A stretch of 63,328 nt of DNA, filler included, from Lenisia limosa (taxonomy: Eukaryota > Protista > Breviatea): assembly GCA_001655205.1 (NCBI GenBank). It is 9 parts of 9 records of this genome, joined end to end, with 100 filler letters (N's around TTAATTAATTAA, not from the genome) between each part and the next. Parts side by side here need not be neighbours in the genome. Positions count along the whole stretch, not along the records: positions 1 to 7,361 come from LPNZ01010348.1; positions 7,462 to 18,143 come from LPNZ01006577.1; 7 more parts are not named here. One strand, 5' to 3'. Positions 1 to 12,390 of this stretch are shown in pieces; within the stretch, counting starts at the first letter, position 1, and each line of letters starts with the position of its first letter. Below the pieces are notes generated by a model. It ran no database searches. It saw nothing but the letters and a program-made list of their open reading frames with translations, and had not been told where the DNA came from. Both the position numbers and the translations under genes were made by a program.

Positions 1-3000
1 GTCATCAGTCTTCACAAGTATGCCTGGAACTAAGGTGGCGGACACGGTGTGTGCAACCTGTCTTTCGCGCAAACCGTAACACCCGCATCATATCAATCCA
101 ACGTTCGCGGGAGGGGGGGGGGGCAAAGGTTGATCGTATGATCATATTACGACTGGAGAGAGTCAACATACCACAGTCTGGTGTTCGTATTCGGGGACCT
201 TCTCAATTTGTGCCGTGGATTTCTAGAAGGATAAGTTTAGTAGGTGATAGGCTAATTAGAGGAATAAAAGTTCAGCTAAACAACACAAACATGAGAAATA
301 TCTTAAAGTATCGGATGCTTTCCAAATACCGTGATAAACGAAAACTATATAATCCATAGCCTTGCATCATTTCATTGATTAAAAGCATTTGCTTTCATCT
401 GATAGTAACCCCCCTTGCCAACATTTGCGATCATTTCGGCATGGGAGAGAGACGTGAGGTACGAATGTTGCGTGCAATCCTTCTGTGGAATTTAAGTTAT
501 ATTTTCTAGAGTTCATTGATTAGCGTTGAGAGTGCTGAAAAGACGACCTGCAAACGGAGATACCTCAGCAAACCTTCCAGTTGAAGTAGAGGAAAGTCGA
601 TCCTGCAACTGCTGAGCCATAGACAAGAGCTGCCAAGGCTCCTGCCGCCTTTCTAGACCACTGCATCATCTTTGAATTGTTTTTTCAGAAACCCCAACCA
701 TGCCCCAACCAAACTACACAAAAATGTAAGCTACGCCGGCGGCGTCGGAATCAGTAGATGCTTTATCGGATCCCCAGGTTCTTGGGAATATCAATTATTC
801 CCCGTATATTCCAGGGGCGCCCCGGGTGAAATGAAGGAAGGGACTAAGTTTTCCGAGAATATACCCGCCGGCGTCCGCCAACGAAAACGGGGGTGGCCGG
901 GGTGGTTGTGTGGCTGTTGCAATGTCAAAATCAGAAATCAAGCACCTTATCCAAGATCTTAATTCTGACCCGTCCGACCCAACCACAGCTTGGCAATGAC
1001 TTGTTCAAGGTAGGAGCGGAATACAAGGCTTTTTAATTCAAATGGTGTTCAATTTGGCAAAGGCTCGGCAAAGGTATGTGTGATTACGTTGCGAGCCTGT
1101 CCAGATTCAAACCTGGACCGGTCTCCCATTCTATACACCTCCTTTAATATACTCTTCACTTCGTATTGAGAACAGAAACATTTCATCAGAAATTTTACTA
1201 GTGACGCGGGATAAAGAGGAGGATGTGTGACAGAAGCGACTCCAGTTGAGGCTCAGGACTCAGAGGGACGGGGACGACATGGGTAACACAAGCTTCCAAT
1301 AAGGCAACAATAACAGAATTCCTTTCAAGGCAACAAACATTCCCATAAAAATAATAGTGGGCGCATTGAGAGCCAAGATGCCTCATAAAAATGGGCCAAA
1401 ACTGAAGCATTTAGAGATATCATATATATAGACAAAACATGAATCATATAATACATATGATATATATTAGAAACTATACATATATCGGTATTAAGATAGT
1501 TTTTTTTTCCAATTTCAAAACTTCATTGAGCAAAAAATAATTGTGTCTCGGATGTTGTCAACCCACGCAATTTTCACCATATTCAAAAAAACGTAGAAAG
1601 TTGAATGTTTGATTTGAAAAATTGACTGAACCAAGCCACAACGGATGATGATGGCACTTCTGAATCATAAAAACTCAAATTATTAAAATATGGGAAAAAA
1701 TAATCGAAAATGGTGGTTGTTTCTCGCAGTATTTGCTTGCTTCCTCAAATTGCCTTGCAATATTCACCGCTTATGCAATTTGAATATATTCAATTGCTTT
1801 TTTGCTGAAAAGTAGAGATTTGCAGAATTAAGCACAACAACAACAGAAGCATTAGAGACTGAATTATAATCCAGTCCGAGTACATCACAATTCTATAAAT
1901 GTTTCTCGAACACAACGAGGTGATTTTATCGAAAATTTTCGGTGTTTATCAAGGGAGGAATGAAATTTTGAAAGAAATACCTGGTGCGTGCCTGGAAGTA
2001 AATGTCTCAAATACATCGAATATCAAATCTAAATACATATCATTATGGAACAGAAATCAAAACTGGAACACACGCACACACCATGGAATACACAACGCTA
2101 AAAATTACTCTTCTAAAAGACAGGCTGGGAGAGGGACATAGTCGAGGCCTATCACCCACTGCTCATCATGGTGCTCGAAGTTAGCGTTGATATCCCTCGC
2201 AATTGCCCTGGTTAATTAACATTTGTTCAATAATAATAATAATATAATAGAAAAGACTGTATTCCCACTTCATCCCAAGACAGAAATAAACAATTCAAAA
2301 GTAACCCCCCAAACGAAAATGAATCAAATAATTCATCAGAGGTTTTGTGGAACATAGATCGATTCAGGATTTGACCTAAATCATAAACGCGGTGAGTAAA
2401 AAAGGAGGAAATTTATAAAAAGAAGACCAAAATCAACTCTGCTGGCTAGAAACACACCGGGGTTGATAAAAAACAAAACAAACAAAGCTCAATTTGTCTA
2501 TCAAGGAGCGTGGGCGCGGAAGTACGGTAATTTGTTTATGGTATCCCTATGTATTATATATTTGTTTTAAATTTCTAATGTAGTAACAAAGGAACCCACC
2601 GTCAGTGAGGCGGCGAATGACCAACTTCGATGTTCGTCGCATTTCCTGCTGGGTTAGAGGGATGAACAAGTTTATAAGCTCATACAATACGAGGCAAATG
2701 ATTGGGTAAATTAATTCTATACTATAATCCAATATCTCTTCTACGCGTGATGGTATGGACGGATTCATCCTGATACATCCTTATTTTTTATTTCTCATTG
2801 CTAAATAGGTACGTCACCTGACCTAACCTGACCGTGAACATAACCTGGTGGTGAACATCGGCCCTTTTTTTTTCTCTTTTTTTTTCAATATTACTTGATA
2901 TTGCTAAAGATTTTGTCAAAATTGTATTTGATACAACAAAAATTTTATTGTCAGATACATATATGTATATGTGGGTCCTCAAAGCTCCGGACAGCATTCA

Positions 3001-6000
3001 AAATTCACCGGACACATCAAAACNNNNNNNNNNCCTTGTCTAGGTCAACGGTAGTGTGAAATACAAAACTGGTTCGACAGATATATAGAAAAAAAAAGAC
3101 CTCTTAAAGTTCCCCAACTTTTTTTTCAATTTTGAGCAAGTGTCAAAAATCGGTGAATTTGGTCTCCCGGGGGTGGCCCCTTTTGCCTTTTCAAGGGTTT
3201 TGTTTCTAAATCTATCCCTCTTTTAGTGTTAAGAAACAAAAATTTGTACCCCTCGGAGTAATTGGTTATGGACTCCCCCTTGCTTTGGCTATGTAATGGT
3301 GAATTTTGAGAGAAAAATATTCAAAATGCTTTCTACAAGGTCAAACTTTCCCGGATAGTTGCCGATTATAACGGTTTTGGTTGTTTGTGGCAGTCTAAGA
3401 GCCACAAACGGGTAACCAAGTGACTTAATTTAGATTTGAGCCAAGAATATGTAAAAATCGCATTCTATCCTGTGATTTGACTGAAATTACTTCCGAAAAT
3501 AACGGGAAAATGAAGTTTATAATAGTACTTTTACAGGGAAAATTCAAGCTGTCCGGGAGTTTTGCTGTGTCCGGAAATTTTGAATGATGTCAGGAGCTTT
3601 GACTATATATAAATATGATATATTGAAGAAATAGCAGTTAACAGTACCAAGGTCATTTCCAAATGAGGTATTAAAAAGAAAAACCCGAGTTTTTTTTCCT
3701 GGGAATGGTTTTCTGCTTTTTTTTTTTACTGGAGATTTCTGGCCAGAAAACACAAGTTTACGGCCTTAGTTGAAAAAATGGAGGCAGGCGTCAAAAAAAT
3801 TGCTTCATTTCTAGTGTTTTCCTCAGAAAACTCCGAGTAACAAAAGGAAGACAACCATGAAGAAAAAAAACAAGGAGGAATTTGAATGGAAAACACTGGA
3901 GTAGGGATTTTCCCACTTTTACAGTGGTTTTCCTAAAGAAAACCCCGGGTTTTTTTTCTTGGGAGTGGTTTTCTGATTTTTTACAAGGATTTTTCCTCGA
4001 CAGAAAACTCCGAGTAACAAAAGGAAGACAACCACGAGCAAAAAAACGAGGTAATTTGATTGGAAAAGACTTGAATCGGGATTTTCCCACTTTTCCAGTG
4101 GTTTTCCTGGAAAAATACAGTGAATTTTCTGGAAAATGTTTTTTGCTGGGAAAATACAGAATTTTCAAAAACAAGTTGTTCCAAAATATTTATGTGCTTC
4201 AACAACTCTTCGTAGCACTTCATCTCTATCTTTGATATGCTGAATACTGGAATTGTCAAGAGTCTTTTTCTTTTCGGGGTTCGTCAAAAGTCTACAGTTA
4301 GTTGCTGTACAACAACATCATGCCTAATACTGCTGATTCGTCGCAGAAAATTCTGAAAGTAGTATTATTTTTTTAGTTTGATTGGCTGTAAACCGGTACA
4401 AAATTTCAACGAAACAGACTCATCTGAACCTTCTAGACCCAGAAACTCCAGTGNNNNNNNNNNGCAAGAGTTTCAAACCTATCAAAAAAATTGTTCCGCT
4501 CAAAACAGTATCTGGTTTGAAGCATGACCTTTCCAGTATTCTAAAAACTATTTCAAATTATCTTGACATCGCCTTTATGGATTACAAAACAAAAGAGAAC
4601 CGAGTTTTGTTGAACCAGGGGTAAGGGGAAACGTTTGCGTAAGCCAATTCCACCACTCCCAACGTTTTTTTCAAAAGAGAAATCTAGATCGAGTCGACAT
4701 AAATGGAATAAGTTCAGTTCCGTTCACTTCAGTTCAGTGATTTTTTTTTTGTGTTTTATTATCCCAAGAAATTTTCTTCTTCCCTTATTTAGCAGCCATT
4801 TTTAAATAAAACTGGGCAATTTTTGGATATATGTCGCAATTATGATGAAAAAAACGAAAAAAAAGTCCGATGTTCACGGCCAGGTTATGTTCACGGTCAG
4901 GTTAGTGTTCACGGTCAGGTGACGTACCTTATACTATATGTATGTGTGTTCTAATATATGTGGCAAAATAAGAAAAGAATGAGTATCCTGCGTTTTTAGT
5001 GTTATTCCGTGTAACAAAGAGTACTGGCATATAGTTGTTTTATTTTTTAGGGCTAGAACTACCCAATCCTTCCAAGTACACGATACTGGCGGTGAATTAA
5101 TACTATACTATGATATATACTCCAATATCTCTTCATAGCATAAACTTATTTTATTTCTCATAGATGTCGACCAGATCACATTTATTGAGAATCAATCTCC
5201 AAACTCACCCCCCTCCTCCCCACACATCTCCAAAACTAATACCCCATATATCCAAGAAGTAAGTAGTGATTCACTACAGAAAACTAGCCCTACGTATTTC
5301 TTCTTGAGGACAATATTGGGGAACTGGCGAACAAACGTTTCATCTTTAGCTGACTCCCTGTCTTGAGCATGTGACCGAAGGTCTACCGTCTCCACTTCCC
5401 ATATGAAGGTCTCTTCCAGCCCTGCGGATACGTCAGAATTAGGGCTTCCCTACGGTCCTAAAAAACACTGAATTTCTCGTTAATCCTCGATAAATATAGA
5501 TATATAAACGGGTTTTTTCGGACCGGAGGAAAGCGCTAGTAAGAATAAAAGTCGATTCCAGCGGAGACACTCATATAAATATCTACAATCTTACCTCCTT
5601 ACTCACATATAGATCAATCTGGTCAATAAATCATCGAAATGTTGTCGATAAATCCCCAATCAATAGCGAATGAGTAAAAAAAGCCCACCCATATCTCTCC
5701 AGCACTGTTTGATCACGCCATTTCCGGTACCATAGTAAAGGAGCAGGAGTGTTGTCATAGTTTCCAAGTCCTAAGCGCATTAAATATTGGGAAATTTGGG
5801 ACATCATTTCGGGAACAATAAATATCCAGGTGACATTTCTCAAATTGTTTGCAGTGAAGTCTCTGTTGAAACAAGGATTGTAAAGATAAAGATCCGGCAG
5901 CTGAATGTACACAGTTGCACGAGAATGGCATGTTTAGGCCCGAAAAGAGAACAAATTCCAAAACATCACGTTTATAAATATCGATAAGAATATATATTTG

Positions 6001-6210
6001 AGAAATACTGCAGTTGATCTAAATCTTGATCACACTATCCTCGATCCGCAAATATTACATACAGTGACCGGGGTAAGTCTTGACCGATTTTCCTTGGGAA
6101 TCACAGCAAATCGGTCAAGGCTTATCCCGGTCACTGTATAAACTTTCACCTCTCATCTCTTCCCGTTTCATCCCTCATTTGACTATTTCCCTTCTCTACC
6201 CCTACAATGA
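1..6210 (-). CDS. Probable multi-exon gene (or two genes), product unknown; 3' end outside the window
   Basis: Series of AG/GT-bounded open segments on the minus strand, e.g. DLETMTTLLLLYYGTGNGVIKQCWRDM (~5690-5775), GLEETFIWEVETVDLRSHAQ (~5290-5420), QEMRRTSKLVIRRLTD (~2600-2650), NSVIVALLEACVTHVVPVPLSPEPQLESLLSHILLFIP (~1205-1325), QWSRKAAGALAALVYGSAVAGSTFLYFNWK (~575-670, hydrophobic), RERWIDMMRVLRFARK (~60-110). Not all junction phases were resolved. Confidence 0.4.
2971..3606. mobile_element. Nested TIR element, CCGGACA-motif family (longer copy)
   Basis: Termini GGTCCTCAAAGCTCCGGACAGCATTCAAAATTCACCGGACAC and GTGTCCGGAAATTTTGAATGATGTCAGGAGCTTTGAC are inverted. The internal sequence is shared with the copy at 14791-15131. 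TA-rich flanks. Confidence 0.8.
3680..4135. repeat. 177-bp-period direct repeat (~2.5 copies); related dispersed copies at ~30365-30550 and ~33990-34085
   Basis: CAGAAAACTCCGAGTAACAAAAGGAAGACAACCA occurs at 3824 and 4001, and a GAAAAC(C)CCG(A/G)GTTTTTTT(T)C(C/T)TGGGA(A/G)TGGTTTTCTG block recurs at ~3680 and ~3940. Confidence 0.85.
5440..5538. mobile_element. hAT-type MITE (TAGGGCTTCCCTACGGTCC subfamily)
   Basis: Imperfect TIRs TAGGGCTTCCCTACGGTCC / GGACCGAGGGAAAGCGCTA. 8-bp flanks gtcagaat/gtaagaat (7/8). Confidence 0.75.
6062..6136. mobile_element. Tc1/mariner-type hairpin MITE
   Basis: TA-CAGTGACCGGGGTAAGTCTTGACCGATTT...AAATCGGTCAAGGCTTATCCCGGTCACTG-TA, with ~30-bp TIRs and TA flanks. Confidence 0.85.
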
Positions 6211-7277
6211 CTACCATTATATATGACCCCCCCCCCCCNNNNNNNNNNNNNNNNNNNNNNNNNNNNNNNNNNNNNNNNNNNNNNNNNNNNNNNNNNNNNN
6301 NNNNNNNNNNNNNNNNNNNNNNNNNNNNNNNNCGGGGTTGATTGGCATCACAAACCCATTCTACACGTGATTATTAATCAATATGAGTGATTCAAAAGGA
6401 TAAAGCAACAAAGGACTTTTTCACAATGGGATCTCATAAACCAAAGAACATTTCTATGATGATTCAAAGGATTAGTCACTAAACAATTTAGAAAGTTACC
6501 CCCCCCCCCCNNNNNNNNNNNNNNNNNNNNNNNNNNNNNNNNNNNNNNNNNNNNNNNNNNNNNNNNNNNNNNNNNNNNNNNNNNNNNNNNNNNNNNNNNN
6601 NNNNNNNGCTCATGCTAAAACAAGTCAAAACATGTTATTATTATTATTTTTAATATCGTTTTCAGAAGTATAAACCTGACAAATTAAAAATTCTGATGCA
6701 TATGATGTCGAATTATCTTATGAAACAGTGGTCAAAGGAGAATACAAAATCAAGCTTAACCAAGTCAAAATAATGCTAGATCAAGTCAAAATTCTACACA
6801 TGCTCAATGACTAAAAACAGAAACATTATAGTATAACTAAATCTAGTGAAGAATATTTGAAAAGACTGCTTCATTTTGTACATAATCATCAAAGTATAAA
6901 AAGTTTTTGTTGGTGGACCAAATCAAAGTCATAAAACCACATTATCCCTCCAACATGCGCAGCCCATCTTCTTGACCACTTCAGAAGGCTACATGGATTA
7001 TACATTAAGCTGGAAGCAAGACCCCCACCCCATTTTTGGACAGTGAAACACAGTAAAAAAACAACAGCTGCATGAGGGGATCACAAAATTATTTCCTCAA
7101 CACCCTTTCATATCAAGAGAGCGAAGCACTTCCAAGCATACAATAAGCCATACACACAATGCCATTTAAAAGGGGGATTTAGTATCAGGTTGATGCCGTT
7201 CAAGTTTATAAGATATAACTAAAAGTTCACACTTATGCGTGATACCTATGAAGTTCTAATACTACTTCACTCATAAC

Positions 7278-7361
7278 TAGGGCTTCTCTACGGTCGGAAA
7301 ATTTCCGATAAAATAGCGATAATTATGGAAGATTCATCAAGAAATCCAGTCTTTTTTGAGA
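7278..7361. mobile_element. hAT-type MITE, truncated by gap
   Basis: Starts TAGGGCTTCTCTACGGTCGGAAAA. The internal sequence resembles the other copies. Confidence 0.6.
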
Positions 7362-7405
7362 NNNNNNNNNNNNNNNNNNNNNNNNNNNNNNNNNNNNNNN
7401 NNNNN

Positions 7406-7417
7406 TTAATTAATTAA
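7406..7417. other. Artificial contig linker TTAATTAATTAA inside N run (also 18188, 32105, 34684, 39170, 47974, 50575, 60458)
   Basis: The identical 12-mer, which has stops in all six frames, is centred in ~100-nt N blocks eight times. Confidence 0.95.
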
Positions 7418-7708
7418 NNNNNNNNNNNNNNNNNNNNNNNNNNNNNNNNNNNNNNNNNNNNTCTGCATCATAATTAGGGCGATAGGCTTTCTTATGGTCA
7501 GAATAATACCACTAAGAATCATTTTTCATTCCTCCTCCCCCACCTCAGACGTTGTTTGTTTTGTTGTTTCCAATCCTCGTATGTTCCTCTCTAATTCTGT
7601 TGATTTTTGATTTTTGTGTTTTGTTTCATCAATTGTCTATCTTCACCCTGCCCGCTCTCTGTTTTTGATATCTGGTTGAACCGCACGCACCCAATCTGAT
7701 CATTTAGT

Positions 7709-9834
7709 CATGGGTGTGACATACCTCGGCGCCTTCACTACAATCAAGGGATACGTCGGTGACAGCATTGTTGTGACTGAGGGTGGGGGGAAGGGGGGGA
7801 ATTCTTTATGCATGCTGGGGAGGCACGCAGAAAGCTGTGTGCACAGAGTTTTGGGAGAATTAATATTTAACTATAATCCCATATCTCAAGCGTGTGTGGA
7901 CGGCTTCAGCCAGATACAACCTTTTTTTAATTCTCATTACTATCTATTTATATTTCCTTTGGGGGCGGAGGCCTTGTGTAGTATGCTTTGGTGAGGTTTT
8001 TCGGGAGTATATTGATGTAATAGTTCACGAATAATCCATGAGCATCGTCACTCATCGTTGAAAACGACACATTTACAAAATACCCACCCTCACGGTTCTT
8101 TAAGTCACTTAAGGCCTATTATAAAGGTGTTCCCACCATAGCACCCAGTAACCCAATATTAACCCCACAGAGGGCCGCATTGTGAACCCCCTTGTTTCGA
8201 TCAGCAACGACTACATCGGTATGATGGCCGAAAGGCTTTTTGTTATACCACATTTTGGAAGGGGTTGTATTCTGTTATATGACATCTTGGGGGGGCGTAA
8301 AAGCGCTCCCCAAAAGATCTCAGCTCTGGAATATAATGTAGGACACCGGGCTTTTTGGTTCATTGATACTGTTCTGACTCCTTGCAGCCCCTAGTGGAGC
8401 CTTCAAGAGTAACTCCTTCTCCACCACCCGCGCGGCCTACCTCGATGGCGACGACATTGTTCTGTGCGGTACCTTCTCGGTTGGCACAGGAGGGCACGAA
8501 CTACACTAATACTAAACTGAAGATACTACTCATGCTGTTTATATTCTTGTTTTCCAACCCTTTTGTGTGTCACAATCTGTCCAACTAAATTCAGAGTATG
8601 GGTTTTATTTCATGAATCACCCCCTTTTACCTCTTCCCCCAGGCCACAGCTGAGGAGTTCACAACAGTCTCAGGAGACCACTTCTACAGCACCTACCGTA
8701 ACCTGGCTATTGTCAACGTGGGAGAGGGGTGATTCTGCGCACATGCGATTGCATACAACGGGCTCGTAACCGCGATAGGTCCTGATATGATTTACTAAGG
8801 GTAAAGCTCAATATCCATGTCAGGCCTTATTGTAGAATTGGTCAAAGGATGGATCCCTCAAACTGTTATCTTCAGATTTTTTTTGTTGAGGTTTCGACAT
8901 TTCCTTCCGTTGCCCCTACCCTGACTGGCCTCTTCTTTTTTTCTTTTTTATTTTGTCAAATGTTTAGCCATCAGAGTTGAGATGTGACTTTTCTTTTTAC
9001 ATTTCACTTTTATTCATTTTCACCCACGCCAGCGTGCTGGAGACCTTGTGCGTCCCATCGGTAACGGTGTACCTCACTGCCAGACGTTTGTCCGTTGGGG
9101 TTCTGACTACAATCCCTCTGACGACTCCACCCGTTCCCCTGGTATGATGGGTTCATAACATTCAGTTAGGTGACAGCTTCCAGCGGTTTAATATTGAAGA
9201 CATTCACTGAATACTGTTACTAACTTTGCTAAAACTCCCCAACCGTCGCAGACGATCATTCGTTTTTAAACGGTATCGTTCCAATGTGAACATAGCAGCA
9301 TTCCATTTAAAACATCGTCACACATCCGTTTGGACCGACTAACTGAGTAGTTATTGTTGCTGGTAGCTTCATTGAGCTTGAGAACGGAGATTTCGTTGAG
9401 GGCAACATTACCCAGGTTGGGGGGGGGGGGTCTTGCTGGGTGCAGGTTAAGATACATTACATCATATTAATTGAGGAGGTACGACAACTAAAAGGGTTAA
9501 TAACACGAAATGAGTAGTATAATATGCCTTTTCATCTATTGACGGCAATCCTAACTCTTGGTTTTTTCATATCAGTGGTCAGCATACCGTTTCCCTCTAA
9601 CTGCGCAGGTTTACGTTCGCAACATCGCTATGTTCAACTTTGAGGATGGAGTGGGGCTTCTGGGAATAATAGAAAAACAATATTAGCATGGCTTGGCCTG
9701 CTGCATCCCTCCATTTGCTTGATAATGGCTTGCTTTCTTCGTTTCTGCAACTTCTGGGGGTCTCAAATGAGATTCTATACTAATGTGCTCATAATACACT
9801 CCTATCACAGTTCCACTCATAGTACAATTTACCT

Positions 9835-9871
<37 letters not shown>

Positions 9872-12355
9872 NNNNNNNNNNNNNNNNNNNNNNNNNNNNN
9901 NNNNNNNNNNNNNNNNNNNNNNNNNNNNNNNNNNNNNNNNNNNNNNNNNNNNNNNNNNNNNNNNNNNNNNNNNNNNNNNNNNNNNNNNNNNNNNNNNNNN
10001 NNNNNNNNNACGAGTCTGAAGAGAACCTTTACGTCTACGCGTAAGGGGGGGTAAGAGTCGGGTTTCACTTCGGTTCGAAAAAGATCGATAAAATATCGAT
10101 AGTTTTCGAGGATTTATCGCTATTCAGTCTTTTTTCGAACCGAAGTGAAACCCTAGGTAAGAGTGATGATGGTCTTGATATTGGTGTTGGGGAGGGTCAT
10201 GCTCCACCTTGTTCTCCAATCACCGTTTGACCTGGACAGTTCCGGCCTGACCTACGCTGGAAGCATTAGGTGCACCAAGATGTGCAGGTAAGCCTCACTA
10301 CTTTCTTTTCTTTTTATCGTCTGAAACTAGTAGATATATCGATATATACATATTTTCGAATGGTCTATGATAATACCTATTTTAGTTTTTATTTATTATT
10401 ATTATTTTTATTATTATTATTATACAGAGTTGTAGGCAAATGATTGGGTTAATTAATATGATAATATTGTCCAATATCTCTTATAAGTGTGATGGTGTGG
10501 ACGGCTTCAGATATTACCTTAGTTTTTATTTCTCATTGCGAAATTAAATTATTACTTTGCTCCTGACACCCCAGATACAACTTCGAAGATAAGCGCTGGT
10601 ACTCTCTCGGCAACATTGGAACCATGAACGACTTCACCCTCTCCGGTAACGACGTAGGTGGATCTAGTTTAAGCCCTTTTTGTACCTCGTTTAAGCCCCT
10701 TTTATACCTCGTTTAAGCCCCTTTGTTTTAGCCTCTTTTGTACCTCTTTTTACATACATTTTAGTAGAGCTTCACTTTCGGTTTCAAACCACATAGATAT
10801 CGATTGATACCTATCGACGATTTATCGAGAAATCAATCTTTTTTGAGAACTGAAAGTGAAGCTCTTATATATCATATATATGGTATGGTATCCAAACACA
10901 ACCGTCAAACCCCCCGCACCCTCCCTTACCACCAACCCCGCAGCTCCTTGTCTGGAGGAGCGGTAACCTGTACATTGAGCGTCGTCGCTACACCAGAATG
11001 GCGCGTTACACCGATGGCGAATGGTGGGTCTTGTTGCTTGACAATGCAGTGGTGTTTTGAGCTACTTTTGGTTTTAATTCTTTGATTATTATTTGTTTTA
11101 TGGTGTTTTGAGTCAATTTTGGGTTTGTAAACGTAACCGTAACTCCCTCCCCCCTTAGGGAACCCGTCATTGCCGAACACTTCTGTAACGACATTGACCA
11201 GTGCAATGACAATGAGTTCGATCAGAGTGGGGGGGGGGGGNNNNNNNNNNNNNNNNNNNNNNNNNNNNNNNNNNNNNNNNNNNNNNNNNNNNNNNNNNNN
11301 NNNNNNNNNNNNNNNNNNNNNNNNNNNNNNNNNNNNNNNNNNNNNNNNNNNNNNNNNNNNNNNNNNNNNNNNNNNNNNNNNNNNNNNNNNNNNCTTTATT
11401 TGTTTTGTTGTTATCAACCCGAGTCGATTTGGGGTTTTTTGTGTTCCATAAATTTTCAAATTTTACCCCCCCTCCCCCTCAGCCCTCTACTCAGCAGTCG
11501 GCCACAAGGGCGGCCTTCTCTTCATCGCCTCCAGCGGCCTGGGCTACCTCGATATTGACGGCAACGAGTACACCTACATGAACGGAGGTGGGGAGGGGAT
11601 TATCCCTAATTACGCTTAAGGCAATTTTAATATTATACTTGGTGTGGACGGCTTCGGCCAGATGCACCCTTGTTTTTTTTTATGTCTCATTGCTATCTAC
11701 TTATACAAGGCAAAGGGAGAGGGTATAATGTCTTTTTCGTTGTTGGAATGTTATTTCTAGCTTTATTGCATGCATATTTGATACAGTAGCATGATTATTC
11801 AAAAGGAGAAAAGAATGCCTTCTAATGGTTTAGACGACCACCCCTATGCTGGCGATCCAAACTGGGCTATTTCAAACTGGTAAGCCTTAAGCAATTTTGA
11901 CAAGAACCATCATTCAAAAGCTAGGACTAAAAATGTGGTATATCACCTTCTCTTACGCCACTTCAGTGACCTTGCAATGGGCTCTAACTCAAGTGTGTAC
12001 ATCTACTGTGCCGCGGCAGTCGCAGCCTACAACAGCGAAACTTCCTCCGTTATCCAGGTGAACATTGGGGGGTCTTCTTCTTCTTCTTTTTTTTTTTTTG
12101 TTTTCAGTACTGTGATAGTCTTGTCAATATCTACATGTAGCTAGCAATTTATCCATTCAGTTTATAAGCAGGCACATAATAACAGTATTTGTGGAAATAT
12201 GCAGAACAAATGAATATCAAAGCTGATCCTGCCTGGCTGACCCTTTAGGTTGACGTTTCCGACATTGAGAACCCCGTATACCACCCCCTTGTCAAGCTCG
12301 ACAATGGCGGAAGCGTGAGCTATGTACTTCCTTGCTTGTTCAAGTTCTCTCTTTT

Positions 12356-12390
<35 letters not shown>

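Larger units (their letters stand above)
2807..4929. mobile_element. ~2.1-kb non-autonomous TIR element (composite, no transposase ORF)
   Basis: Left end AGGTACGTCACCTGACCTAACCTGACCGTGAACATAACCTGGTGGTGAACATCGG is the reverse complement of the right end CCGATGTTCACGGCCAGGTTATGTTCACGGTCAGGTTAGTGTTCACGGTCAGGTGACGTACCT. The TIR is ~60 bp with a repeated GTGAAC/ACCTGACC motif. Superfamily is unresolved. Confidence 0.8.

Noticed and set aside
360-1100. Apparent in-frame TGA codons on the minus strand suggesting TGA=Trp recoding
   Set aside because: Both cases fall in segments better explained as introns or other frames. All conserved Trp in PAPSS, REX4 and the GH-like gene use TGG, and PAPSS ends in TGA.
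990-1130. LDRLATLVFRSYLEQVI resembling ABC1/ADCK kinases
   Set aside because: The expected downstream HADPHPGN motif is not present in any frame.
3791-4259. Overlapping 90-127 aa ORFs on both strands
   Set aside because: They arise from the 177-bp repeat inside the non-autonomous element and have no transposase motifs.
5150-5200. LILNKCDLVD, a GTPase G4-like motif on the minus strand
   Set aside because: It appears to lie in an intron downstream of a G-rich donor, no compatible acceptor phase was found, and no G1/G3 motifs lie upstream.
6620-7360. Possible plus-strand exons, including VFVGGPNQSHKTTL (P-loop-like)
   Set aside because: An in-frame TAA lies directly upstream, no consistent splice path was found, and the region is bounded by N runs.
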